The notes: a model not told the origin generated them from the letters alone. Positions 10,401 to 19,849 are shown, counted from the stretch's first letter. The stretch: DNA of 56,114 nt from an uncultured Parvibacter sp. (GCA_947649875.1 CANSTH010000001.1:1-56114); one strand, 5' to 3'. Made by a program: numbers and translations.

Positions 10401-13105
10401 CTAGAGGCGGCGCAGCTCCTTCACCAAAAAGCGGCCGGTGACGCTGGCGGGGCAGGCGGCCACTTGAGCGGGAGTGCCCTCGCACACGATGGTGCCCCCT
10501 GTTGGCCTCCGCCGGGGCCCATGTCGATGAGGTAGTCGGCATTTCCCATCATGTCCAGGTCGTGTTCGATCACCACCACAGTGGCACCGTGGTCGATCAG
10601 CCGCTGCAGCACCTCTATGAGGGTTTCCACGTCCAGCGGGTGCAGCCCGATGGTGGGCTCATCGAATACGAACAGGGTGTCTGCTTGGCTGCGGTGCATT
10701 TCGCTGGCCAGTTTCAGCCGCTGCGCCTCGCCGCCGGAAAGGGCGGGGGTGGCCTCTCCCAGCGTGAGGTAGCCCAACCCCAAATCGTGCAGGGTCTGCA
10801 GTTGCTCGCGCACCTTTTTCAGGTGGGGGAGGGCCGTCAGCGCCTGGTCGATGGTGAGAGAGAGGATCTCCGGCAGCGAAAGCGTGTTGACCGCGCCGAA
10901 GTCCTCCGCGTGGGCGTGGCTGGCGGATACTGGGGTCCGCCCGGCATCGTAGGTGCCTTCAGGGCTCTGCGCCTTTGCGGCGGCTTTGGCGCCCATTTCT
11001 CGCAGCGCCTCGCCTCTCTCGGCTGTCTCTTCGGCGGAAAGCGGGCCGAAATCCTCCACCAACATCTGCACCGCGTAGGCATCGTGGCTGTAGCGGCTGC
11101 CATGGCAGCTGGGGCAGGGGATGTCCACATCGGGCAAAAACTGCACATCCAGCGATATCTGCCCGGTTCCGTCGCAGGTGGGGCAGCGGAGCTGTCCGGT
11201 GTTGTAGGAGAAATCCCCTGCCTTAAGCCCCCGCGCCTTCGCCTCGGGCAGCTTCGCGAACTCGCGGCGCAGGTGGTCCAGCACGCCGGAATAGGTGGCA
11301 ACGGTGGAGCGCACGTTCACGCCGATGGGGGTGGCGTCCACGAGGTCTACCCGCTGGATGCCCGGCGCGTCCACGCTGGCCACATGGGCGGGCAAGGGAC
11401 GCCCTGCCAACTGGGCCTTCAGCGCCACTACCAGGCTCTCCAGCACCAGCGTGGTCTTGCCGCTGCCTGAGACGCCGGTCACCACCGTGAGGCGCCCCTT
11501 TGGCAGAACGGCCTCCAGCGGCTTTACGGTGTGGATGGCGCCGGTGCTTATGGAGATGCGCCCTTCGTCGAACAGGTGCTCCGCCGCCACAGGGGTGCGG
11601 CCGCCCACGGTGGCAGTGCCGGCGAGGAAGGGCCCGATGCGTGAGGCGGGATTGGCTGCCACCTGCGCTACTGTGCCCTGGGCAATCACGCGGCCGCCTT
11701 TGGCACCGCTGCCGGGGCCGATCTCGATAAGGTGGTTGGCGTGGCGCAGCACGGCCACGTCGTGGTCCACCATCACCACTGAGTTGCCGTCAGAAAGAAG
11801 GTCGTCCATCACTCCTAACAGCCCTTCCACGTTGGCAGGGTGCAATCCAATGGATGGCTCGTCCAATACGTACAGCACGCCGGTAGTACGGCTGCGCACT
11901 GCGCGGGTGAGTTGCACCCGCTGCCGCTCACCGTTGGAGAGGGTCTCACTGGCGCGGTCGAGCGAGAGGTACCCCAGCCCCAGCTGCTCCAGCCGCTGGA
12001 TGGGCTCGACCATCTCGCTAGTGATGGAATTGGCCATGGGACGCATGTCCTCTACCAGCCACGGCGCCACGGTGGGCAGCCAATCCCGCAGCTCATCTAA
12101 GGTGAATGCGGTCACTTGTGCCAGGTTGAGGCCGTCTATCAGACTGGAGCGCGCCTTTTCGGAAAGTCGCGTGCCGTGGCAGGAGGGGCACACGGTTTCG
12201 GTGAGGAACTTTGCTACCCGCGCCATGCCTTTCTCGTCTTTGGCCTTCGCCAGCGCGTTTTTCACGGTGTTCACGGCGCTGTAGTAGGTGAAGTCCAGCT
12301 CGGTGGCGTGGCTTTTATTCTTGGGTACGTACAGGATGTGCCTCTTCTCCATGGGGCCGTGCAGCACGATGTCTTTTTCCTTGGCGGTGAGGTCTTTGTA
12401 AGGGACATTGATGCGCACGCCCATTTCACGCGCTACCTGCGGCATGAGCGACCACATGAGGTTGCGCCACGGGGCCACGGCGCCTTCTTCCAGGGTGAGG
12501 TTGGGATCGGCGATGAGGGTGGACTCGTCTATATCGCGCACTACGCCGGTGCCGCCGCATTCAGGGCAGGCGCCACCGCTGTTGAAGGCCAAGTCCTCAG
12601 CGCCGGGGCCGTAAAACTCCACGCCGCAGGTACTGCAGGTGATGGGCAGATCGGCGGCCACGTTCAGGCTGGGTGGGTTCAAATGGCCGTTGGGACAGCA
12701 ATGGCACCCCAGCCGCGAGAACATGAGCCGCAGGTAGTTCAGCAGCTCGGTGGAGGTGCCGAAGGTGGAGTGCACGCCGGGAATGCCGGGCCGCTGGCGC
12801 AAGGCCAGGGCGGCGGGTACGTGCAACACCTCGTCTACGGTGGCGCGCCCCGCCTGAGAGATGCGGCGGCGGGTGTAAGTGGACAGCGCCTCTAAGTAGC
12901 GGCGCGACCCTTCTGCGTACAGCACTCCCAGCGCCAGCGAGCTTTTCCCGCTGCCGGAAACACCGGCGATGGCCACCAGCTGTCGCAGCGGCACATCGAG
13001 GGAGAGGTTCTTCAGGTTGTGCACCCGCGCCCCGCGCACCTCAATCTGGGTGGGCTCGGTGAATTTGGCTGCCTCTTGGCTGAGATCGGTCATGAACGGC
13101 TCCAT
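10401..13105 (-). CDS. Class II UvrA-like (DrrC-like) excinuclease ATPase; apparent 1-nt deletion near the 3' end (ORF as called ends at 10421)
   Basis: Two ABC ATPase modules (GVSGSGKS, LSNGERQR, VLDEP; GVSGSGKT, LSGGEAQR, VFDEP) and CxxC zinc fingers; appears to lack the UvrB-binding domain; adding one G at 10495-10499 restores the conserved tail GGTIVCEGTPAQVAACPASVTGRFL to TAG at 10401. Confidence 0.85.
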
Positions 13106-13185
13106 TGCAATCGGAATCGAATGATTCCAGTGTAGCCATTTGGCGGCGGCAATGGGGAAGGTGGGGGAGAACTGTTCGGTTTCAT

Positions 13186-13222
13186 AAAAAGGAGCGCCGG
13201 CAGCGGGTGGGCTGCCGGCGCT
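13186..13222 (-). terminator. Rho-independent terminator downstream of the molybdoenzyme operon
   Basis: 12-bp stem AGCGCCGGCAGC/GCTGCCGGCGCT with 6-nt loop; A5 on the + strand is the U-tract on the - strand. Confidence 0.75.
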
Positions 13223-13259
13223 ATTAGCTTGCGGGCCATGCTTTGGGAGCCGGGATCAA

Positions 13260-13345
13260 TCGTAGGGCAGAGATTCTATCTCTGCCTAAACGGACAACTC
13301 GTATGCGATCGCGGCCCAGGCAGACATAGAATGTCTGCCCTACGA
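13260..13345. repeat. Inverted doublet of GTAG-type REP-like palindromes (REPIN-like)
   Basis: 13260-13287 TCGTAGGGCAGAGATTCTATCTCTGCCT and 13318-13345 (reverse complement TCGTAGGGCAGACATTCTATGTCTGCCT); 26/28 identical; 30-nt spacer. Confidence 0.8.
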
Positions 13346-13363
13346 AAAGCCGTTCGGACCAAT

Positions 13364-13407
13364 AGGCGGCGGGGCGGTTTGCAAGGGGAGGGGGCGCCCC
13401 GCCGCCT
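13364..13407. terminator. GC-rich stem-loop immediately downstream of the Fe-S subunit gene
   Basis: Perfect 13-bp inverted repeat AGGCGGCGGGGCG/CGCCCCGCCGCCT with 18-nt loop; no clear U-tract. Confidence 0.5.
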
Positions 13408-13416
13408 GAGGGTTGG

Positions 13417-14082
13417 CTACTCCTGGCCGTGCCAGTTACGGCCGCGCAGGATGTAGGCCACAGAGGGCTGGTTGCCTACATCGGTCAAACGATGCACGTC
13501 CGCATCGGTGAAGGGCACCACGTAGTCAGTCATCTTGGCGCGGGCTTTCTGCATGCCCTCGTAGGAGGGGTCGGTCACGGAAGCGGGGTCGGCCGGTCCT
13601 TCGAAGCTGTCCCAGCCGGCATCGATGTCGCCGAACCAGCGGGCGCGGCCGCTGCACTGGGCCACGCACTGGGGCAGCTCCCCTTGGGCGGTGCGCTGTT
13701 CGCACAGGGTGCACTTCTCCACCACCCGTTCCTCTTCGTTCAGGTAGCGAACCCCGTAGGGGCAGGCCATGGCGCAGAACTGGCAGCCGATGCACTTCTC
13801 CTTGTCCACCTGAACGCTGCCGTCGGCCAGCTTGTGGGAGGCCTCGGTGGGGCAAACGCTCACGCAGGCAGGGTTAACGCAGTGCTGGCATTGGATAGGC
13901 AGGAAGTAGCTCTCCACCGTTGAGCCCTTCGTTTTACGGTTCTCGGCTTTGTTGGGGCCTATGCGCAGCACTTTTATCCAGAAGTTGCCGATGGGCACGC
14001 TGTTCACGGTTTTGCATGCGGAGGAGCAGGCCAGGCACCCTACGCAGCGGTTGAGGTCGGTGACGATGGCGTACTGGGTCAT
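13417..14082 (-). CDS. 4Fe-4S dicluster electron-transfer subunit (DmsB/DadhB-like)
   Basis: Four Cys groups: CVGCLACSSAC, CQHCVNPACVSVCP, CIGCQFCAMACP, CTLC...CVAQC; starts 1 nt after the catalytic subunit stop. Confidence 0.92.
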   Translation of the reverse strand: MTQYAIVTDLNRCVGCLACSSACKTVNSVPIGNFWIKVLRIGPNKAENRKTKGSTVESYFLPIQCQHCVNPACVSVCPTEASHKLADGSVQVDKEKCIGCQFCAMACPYGVRYLNEEERVVEKCTLCEQRTAQGELPQCVAQCSGRARWFGDIDAGWDSFEGPADPASVTDPSYEGMQKARAKMTDYVVPFTDADVHRLTDVGNQPSVAYILRGRNWHGQE

Positions 14083-14083
14083 C

Positions 14084-17059
14084 TTAGGCCTCCTTTCGGA
14101 TGTCGTAGTTGGGTAGCCACGCCTTCAGACGCGGATCGCTGGAGTCGGTGATGATGGGGGTGCCGTCTTCCGGCGAGCAGGGGACAACTTGGCCGTTCGG
14201 GCAGTTTTCCGGCGTAGCCTTGTAGATCTTCACTAAGTAGCCGCGCATGACGGTAGAACCGATGATGGGGTCCTGGTTGTCCGGGTCGTTCAGGAGGTTG
14301 CAGTCGCACAGCGTCTCGCCGCGGGTGGGGCCGGGCAGCTCGGGGAACCACCAGGCGTGCTCGAGGTTCACCGTGCCCTTGCCGATGCCGTAGTACAGGT
14401 CCACGGTTTCGCGAATCTTGCCCCATGGGGTCTCGATCCAGGCCCAGTCTCCCTGTTCCAGTCCCAGCTCGGCGGCATCGTCGGGGTTGATTTCCATGCG
14501 GGGCACCGGCCACTGCTCGCGGCACCAGGGCAGCTGCCGGTGCTCGCTGTGGAAGTACACCGGGATGCGGCGGCCAGTGGTGGCGATGAAGGGGTATTCC
14601 TTGTACATCTCCGGATCGGAGACGGGGGTGTGGTCGGATTCCTCGTAGATGGGCATGATGTCGGCGTAGGTGGCATGGCCCTCGGTTGGATTGTTGATGT
14701 CGTTGGACTCCAGCGACACCGGCCAGAACTCCATGCGGCTGGTGGCGGTGAGGAAGCCGAAGCCCATGCTGGGGTAGATGTCGTTCATGATGCCAGCCGC
14801 CCGCTGACGCATCTTGCCGTTCTCCCAGCGGTGGTAGGTGCCCCAGTTGGCAGGAGAAACGCTCTTGGCATCCCACCAGCCGTTTTTCTGGAACTGGTCA
14901 CGGAAATCGGCCCAGTCTTTAGCGATGGGGTCGGCCCCCTCCACCGCCTTCATAGTCTCCCCACCCACTGCCAGGGCGAAGTCCATCTTCTCCTCATGGG
15001 TGGGCCAGGGGGGCAGCCCCTCGGCGTCGAACCATGGCGTGCCGATGGCTTTGGCGTAGGCGGTGTAGATGTCGGGGTCGTTCCAGGTGTCTGCCGGAGG
15101 TTCGATGGCCTTGCAAGTGGCGCCGATACCGCCGGATGCGCCTTGGGATACACGCGGATGGTCTACTTCCATCCAATGGCGGGCGGGCATCAGCACATCG
15201 GCCAGCTCGGTTACCGGATGGTGCCACAGGTTGATAGCGGCCCAGAAGTCCATAGTGCACAGGGCGTCCCATGCCAGCTTGGAATTGGACATGTTCATGA
15301 AAGTGGAGCCGCAGTCGATGCCGCCACGAATGCGATAGGGGCCATACTCGCCTAGGGCGCTGCGCCAATTGCAGGTGGCATCGGACCACTGGTTGTACCA
15401 TTTCAACATGGGGAAGTCGGCGGCCGATATCTGCTTGCCCTGTATTTCCATCATGGTGGCTTGCTGATAGGGATAGGCGCTCATGAAACTCAAGACCGGC
15501 GCTTCGGGGGCTGCTTGGAATACACCCACGGCAGGGGAGCGGGTGGGGCCGCGATTGCCGGCGGGACTGTCGGCATTACCGGTGAGATAGGACAGATGGG
15601 TGAGGGTGCGAATGGTTTGCACGCAATGGCCAATTTGGTCGGTTGCCAGCTGGTAGTGCAGGCCACCGTTGCCAAAGTTTTGTCCTTCGGGGCGAGTGGC
15701 CCACACCAGGCAGGCTTCCTCGATGAGCTCGGCATCCACGCCGGTCACCTCTTGGGCCCATTCGCATGTCTTGTCCGCCAGCGAATCCAGCAGGAAGGTC
15801 CATACCGGGCGCGCCTTGTGCACGCTGCCGTCTTTCAAGGTCACCTCGTATTCGCCTTCGAGGGCTGGGTTAATAGAGTCGAATTGCGAGGCGGGTGGCA
15901 TGTAGGCGTTGTACTTTTCCATATACTCGCACTCATCCAGCGTAGGCGCTACGTGATTCTCACCTTCCCACTGGGTGGTTTCGGCGTCAAGGTAGGAAAG
16001 GGCATCGTTGCCGGTGGCGCCGGCTGCCGCCTTGGCAAGGTCCCACACCATGAAGCGCTCGTGGCGGCCGCCTTCCACCAGGTCGCTTTCCTTTAGCAGT
16101 TTCGTCTTCATGTTCACGCCGCCGGCACCGTCCAAAATCCAGCCGCCGGAGGGCTCCATGTCCTCTACCACCAGCATAGGGGCATTGGACCAGCGCTTTA
16201 CGAACAGCTCGTCATACAGGCCATTGTCGATGACAAGCTTCTCCCAGGCCAGCGCGATGGCGTGGTCGGTGCCAGGGCGAATTTGCAGCCAGTAGTCTGC
16301 TTCCTTGCCCAGACCGCCCTCGCGGGGGTCGATGAGGATGTGCACATCGGCGTTGTTGGCCACGTCCACTACGGTGCGGGCGGTGTCGTCATAGTTGGAA
16401 GCCTCTACGCCGGTGCCCCATTGTACGTATACGCGTGGATTGTCCACGGTGGCCATCCAATAGCCGCCCAGCTGGTCGATCAATTGACCGGTGAAGTGGC
16501 GCGGCCCTTTGCAGATTTGTGAAGCCAAACTGCCGTTGGGGGTGTTCATCAGGATCTTCATGCCGGCGTAGCCGCCCATCGACCAGATGCGGCTGGTGCC
16601 GTTCAGTGTCATGAGGCACTCGCTGCCGTACTTTTCGGTGAGGCCCATGAAACCCTCGGCCATCATGCCAATAGCCTCGTCCCAGCCGATGCGCACCCAG
16701 CCGGGCTCCTGGCCCTTGGGATTGGTGCGCTTCAGGGGATGGTACAGGCGATCGGGGTGATAAGCGGCTTGCAGCGACGACTGCGACTTGCAGCAGCAGT
16801 TGCCGCGGCTTTGCGGCGCGCTCTGGTCGCCTTCGATCTTGATGGCGCGGCCGTTCTGCACGGTTACCCATACACCGCATTCCATCTTGCCGCAGCCGCG
16901 GCAGCAGGTGCGCACGCGGGTTACTTCACCGGACGACTCTTTCGGAGCCTCGTCAGCCACCGCTTGCAATCCTGCCGTGGCGGTGGAAGCGGCGATGGCC
17001 GCCCCGGCTACCAGGCTGGCCCGCAGAAAGCTGCGACGGCTCAGGTTCAACTTTCCCAT
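14084..17059 (-). CDS. Tat-signal bis-MGD molybdopterin oxidoreductase, catechol-dehydroxylase (Dadh-like) type, substrate unknown
   Basis: Start at ATG 17059 behind GGAGGAG; Tat motif SRRSFLR; Fe-S motif TCCRGCGKMECG; QICKGPRH putative Mo-ligand Cys; C-terminal TTGRRIPVYFHSEHRQLPWCRE; these match my recollection of Eggerthella Dadh-family sequences. Confidence 0.88.
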   Translation of the reverse strand: MGKLNLSRRSFLRASLVAGAAIAASTATAGLQAVADEAPKESSGEVTRVRTCCRGCGKMECGVWVTVQNGRAIKIEGDQSAPQSRGNCCCKSQSSLQAAYHPDRLYHPLKRTNPKGQEPGWVRIGWDEAIGMMAEGFMGLTEKYGSECLMTLNGTSRIWSMGGYAGMKILMNTPNGSLASQICKGPRHFTGQLIDQLGGYWMATVDNPRVYVQWGTGVEASNYDDTARTVVDVANNADVHILIDPREGGLGKEADYWLQIRPGTDHAIALAWEKLVIDNGLYDELFVKRWSNAPMLVVEDMEPSGGWILDGAGGVNMKTKLLKESDLVEGGRHERFMVWDLAKAAAGATGNDALSYLDAETTQWEGENHVAPTLDECEYMEKYNAYMPPASQFDSINPALEGEYEVTLKDGSVHKARPVWTFLLDSLADKTCEWAQEVTGVDAELIEEACLVWATRPEGQNFGNGGLHYQLATDQIGHCVQTIRTLTHLSYLTGNADSPAGNRGPTRSPAVGVFQAAPEAPVLSFMSAYPYQQATMMEIQGKQISAADFPMLKWYNQWSDATCNWRSALGEYGPYRIRGGIDCGSTFMNMSNSKLAWDALCTMDFWAAINLWHHPVTELADVLMPARHWMEVDHPRVSQGASGGIGATCKAIEPPADTWNDPDIYTAYAKAIGTPWFDAEGLPPWPTHEEKMDFALAVGGETMKAVEGADPIAKDWADFRDQFQKNGWWDAKSVSPANWGTYHRWENGKMRQRAAGIMNDIYPSMGFGFLTATSRMEFWPVSLESNDINNPTEGHATYADIMPIYEESDHTPVSDPEMYKEYPFIATTGRRIPVYFHSEHRQLPWCREQWPVPRMEINPDDAAELGLEQGDWAWIETPWGKIRETVDLYYGIGKGTVNLEHAWWFPELPGPTRGETLCDCNLLNDPDNQDPIIGSTVMRGYLVKIYKATPENCPNGQVVPCSPEDGTPIITDSSDPRLKAWLPNYDIRKEA

Positions 17060-17284
17060 TTGCTCTCCTCCTTCTTCTTCCTTCGGATGGTGCTTATGGT
17101 CAGGGGGGCGGCTTTTGCGGACGTACCTGCCAAAGGAATGGCCGATATGGTTAAGTAGCCCCCTGACCTCCCGATTTGTGAGTATGGACGGCAAACGGGG
17201 AATTGAGAAATAGCGATTTGTCATACCCGATGCTGCCATCGAAATGGCCGTTCGCATCCTGTGCGCAGGGAATGGCCCCCAGCC

Positions 17285-17322
17285 CATTCCGTTTCTCGAT
17301 GGGGTGATGGAAATAAGGAATG
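17285..17322. promoter_or_regulatory. Pair of putative LysR T-N11-A boxes in the divergent promoter region
   Basis: CATTCCGTTTCTCGATG (17285-17301) and GATGGAAATAAGGAATG (17306-17322), each T-N11-A, with CATTCC/GGAATG inverted ends, between the LysR and molybdoenzyme genes. Confidence 0.45.
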
Positions 17323-17459
17323 GCCGCATGGGCGGAAGGGGTTACGCATAGCGTTTCGCCTGGTAGAATCGCTGGATAACTTGCGCAACCAAAGCGCGCA
17401 TATACTACGAGGGGCTGCAGAAGCTTATAATGGTGTCTGCTTTGCCGAAGGGGACGGGG

Positions 17460-18383
17460 ATGGCAATGGAGCTGAATTACCTGGAAGAGTTCATCGTGCT
17501 GGCCAATCGGCTGAACTACACCAAAACGGCCGATGAGCTGCATTTGGCGCAATCGACGCTTAGCAAGCACATGTCGCTTTTGGAAGCGGATCTTTCTGCG
17601 CAGCTGTTCTGCCGCGTTCACTCGCAAGTGGAGCTTACCGAGGAGGGCTTTTTCTTTTTGGGAGTGGCAACCGGCATTGTGAACGAGTACCGCAACGCCC
17701 AGTCTACCCTGAAGACCATGGTGGCTCGCAAGCCTATCTCCATCGCTGCTCGTATGGAGGATCCAGCCATTTCCGGACTGCTGTCCATTGCTGCATCTTT
17801 GGCGGCGCCGGACGAGGCTCCTATTACGTTTAGCCATGCCAAAGACAAGCCGCCGCTCGATCTCATTGTGAAGGGCGATCTAGATGTGCTGGTGGATTTG
17901 CTGCCGGCCCGCGGGACGCAGCTGCCCGGCTCTATTGCGCGGCAATTTTTGTTCAGCCAGCCTTTTGTGGCCATCATGGATCCTGCCAATCCCCTAGCTG
18001 AGCGCGGTTCGCTTTCTATGGTCGACCTTAAAGACTCCACATTGGTACAGTTGATTTGGGAAAACACCCAACCAGGCTGGCAGAAGATCGAAGAGCTTTG
18101 TCATCAAAACGGTTTCGAGCCCAAGGTGCGGCCAATGGCGGTGCGCTCGCAGGCGGAGGCCATTGCGATGCTGCCCCAAGGTTGCGTGCTGCTCTATCCT
18201 GCCGCCTCTCGCGAGTTGCGCTTTCTCGACTTTGCCACAAACCGGGTGCTGGTGCCCATCACTGACGAGTGCGCGGTGTTCAGCATTTACGCCATCTACC
18301 GTGAGGATCGCTTTGAAAAGCTTTCTCGTTTCTTTGCCCACTTGGACGAAGCGGCCGTGAAGATGGGGTTCAAGGAGGAGTAG
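17460..18383 (+). CDS. LysR-family transcriptional regulator
   Basis: N-terminal LysR HTH (LNYTKTADELHLAQSTLSKHMSLLEADLSAQLFCR..VELTEEG); ~307 aa; divergent from the molybdoenzyme. Confidence 0.92.
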   Translation: MAMELNYLEEFIVLANRLNYTKTADELHLAQSTLSKHMSLLEADLSAQLFCRVHSQVELTEEGFFFLGVATGIVNEYRNAQSTLKTMVARKPISIAARMEDPAISGLLSIAASLAAPDEAPITFSHAKDKPPLDLIVKGDLDVLVDLLPARGTQLPGSIARQFLFSQPFVAIMDPANPLAERGSLSMVDLKDSTLVQLIWENTQPGWQKIEELCHQNGFEPKVRPMAVRSQAEAIAMLPQGCVLLYPAASRELRFLDFATNRVLVPITDECAVFSIYAIYREDRFEKLSRFFAHLDEAAVKMGFKEE

Positions 18384-18435
18384 CGGGCTTGTCAAAAAAA
18401 ACGAAACTATGGGGGAACCCACTGTTTGGACAAGC

Positions 18436-18463
18436 AAAACGGGCCGGGCGTTTGCCCGGCCCG
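18436..18463 (-). terminator. Terminator hairpin downstream of tRNA-Thr
   Basis: CGGGCCGGGC/GCCCGGCCCG stem with 4-nt loop; A4 on the + strand side. Confidence 0.7.
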
Positions 18464-18473
18464 CAAAGTTTCC

Positions 18474-18549
18474 TGGAGCCAATGAGCGGACTCGAACCGC
18501 TGACCTACGCATTACGAGTGCGTTGCTCTACCAACTGAGCCACATTGGC
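18474..18549 (-). tRNA. tRNA-Thr (anticodon CGT)
   Basis: Reverse complement GCCAATG...CATTGGC-TCCA; D-arm GCTCAGTTGGTAGAGC; anticodon arm ACGCA-CTCGTAA-TGCGT; T-loop GGTTCGAGTCC; 76 nt with encoded CCA. Confidence 0.97.
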
Positions 18550-18565
18550 GATAAGGCAAAAATGT

Positions 18566-18594
18566 ATTATAGAGAATCTGGCGCGTGTCCGCAA
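18566..18594 (-). promoter_or_regulatory. Housekeeping-sigma promoter for tRNA-Thr
   Basis: On the - strand: TTGCGG, 17-nt spacer, TATAAT, ending 16 nt upstream of the tRNA. Confidence 0.7.
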
Positions 18595-18829
18595 GTTGGG
18601 CATCCGTTAGTAACGAGGTCTTGACTTCTTGCGGTTCTGCGTCTCTTTTCGAAATGTCTCAAATAGTTGGTTACGGGGGGCTTGCGGTTTTGCCACAGTT
18701 CACGGTTGACAGGAAAGCTCCGATGCCTTCGCCAGAAAATGGCGGCTGACGCTTAGGGCGAAGTTTGTCCTAAGCCGTATTTGGATGGTAAAGCGGATGT
18801 GGACGGCGTTTGCAATTGGGAGGCGCATT

Positions 18830-19204
18830 ATGGAAGTTCGCATAAAGCGAGTGTACGAACCCTACGAGGAGAGCGATGGCTACCGGGTGCTGGTGGACCG
18901 GCTATGGCCCCGCGGCCTTACGAAGGAGCGGGTACACTACAACGTGTGGGAGAAGGGCATTGCTCCCTCCACCGAGCTGCGTCGTTGGTTTGGGCACGAC
19001 CCGGCCAAGTGGGACGAGTTCAAAAAGCGCTACGTGGCAGAGCTGAACGCCAACCCCGAGGCTGCTGCTTTTGCCGCCGAGCTCACCAGCCCGAAGTTAG
19101 CTGCTTACCCGTGCGTGACCCTGTTGTACGCCGCAAGGAACGAAGCCGATAACGAGGCAGTTGTCCTGCAGAAATGGCTTACCGCCCACGAGAAGCAGGC
19201 TTAG
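18830..19204 (+). CDS. DUF488/YeaO-family protein
   Basis: IKRVYE...DGYRVLVDRLWPRG..K, IAPSTELRRWFGHDP..W.EF..RY..EL, TLLYAA...N.A.VL; GGAGG RBS before ATG 18830. Confidence 0.9.
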   Translation: MEVRIKRVYEPYEESDGYRVLVDRLWPRGLTKERVHYNVWEKGIAPSTELRRWFGHDPAKWDEFKKRYVAELNANPEAAAFAAELTSPKLAAYPCVTLLYAARNEADNEAVVLQKWLTAHEKQA

Positions 19205-19205
19205 C

Positions 19206-19357
19206 GCAAATACATCGTGGATGGGCCGATTCGGCAGGTCGGAGCGAGGTCCGGCCAAGCGGAGTAGGGCGGAGATCCACTCGTCGTGAGGCGAGTTAGC
19301 TCCGCCCGTACGGAGCGTCGAGCGCAGGCCTGTCGAATCGGCCCACCTCCGGGAGAG
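19206..19357 (+). repeat. Dispersed ~150-nt structured repeat, copy A
   Basis: Closely matches copies at 24131-24282 (-) and 40277-40424 (+); outer stem TGGGCCGATTCGGCAGG/CCTGTCGAATCGGCCCA; inner hairpin ACTCGTC-GTGA-GGCGAGT. Confidence 0.9.
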
Positions 19358-19378
19358 TTGCGACCGTCTACCCTTTGG

Positions 19379-19849
19379 TTATTTCACGATGAGCACGGGA
19401 ACGTGGGTCTTTTGTAGCACCGAATAGCACACGCTGCCCAGCATGCTGCGCACGGCCCCCATGCCGCGATGGCCCATCACGATGCAGTCGTAATCGCCCG
19501 CTTCGGCGTAGCCGGTGATGGCATCGTGGGGCGATCCGTTCACCACGGCAATCTCCACATTGGCGCCATCGCCAATAATGGGGGCGATGGCCTTGCGGAT
19601 GTGCTCGGTGGTCTCGCGGCTGGCCTCTTCGTCAATCTTCTCAAGAGAGTCTACCTGCAGGGCATCGCCCATTACGCCGGACATGCGGGCGGCAATCTTG
19701 AACGTTTCGGCGTTGTAGTCATGCCAGTCCACTACGGTTAGCACCGTGATGACGGTGCCAGGTGCGAGGCTGGCCAGATCCATTGCTTGGGCCAGGGCGT
19801 GGGCCGCCGGCTCGGACGAATCGTAGGGCACCAGGATCTTCTTGAACAT
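19379..19849 (-). CDS. Universal stress protein (UspA family)
   Basis: MFKKILVPYDSS N-terminus; IVMGHRGMG...LGSV ATP-binding motif; PVLIVK end. Confidence 0.93.
   Translation of the reverse strand: MFKKILVPYDSSEPAAHALAQAMDLASLAPGTVITVLTVVDWHDYNAETFKIAARMSGVMGDALQVDSLEKIDEEASRETTEHIRKAIAPIIGDGANVEIAVVNGSPHDAITGYAEAGDYDCIVMGHRGMGAVRSMLGSVCYSVLQKTHVPVLIVK

Noticed and set aside
17060-17329. 90-aa N-terminal extension of the molybdoenzyme in the ORF track
   Set aside because: A strong RBS and the Tat motif place the start at 17059; the extension spans promoter and leader sequence
13200-18549. Molybdoenzyme/LysR module as an island integrated at tRNA-Thr
   Set aside because: I saw no duplicated tRNA 3' end and no integrase; adjacency alone is not sufficient
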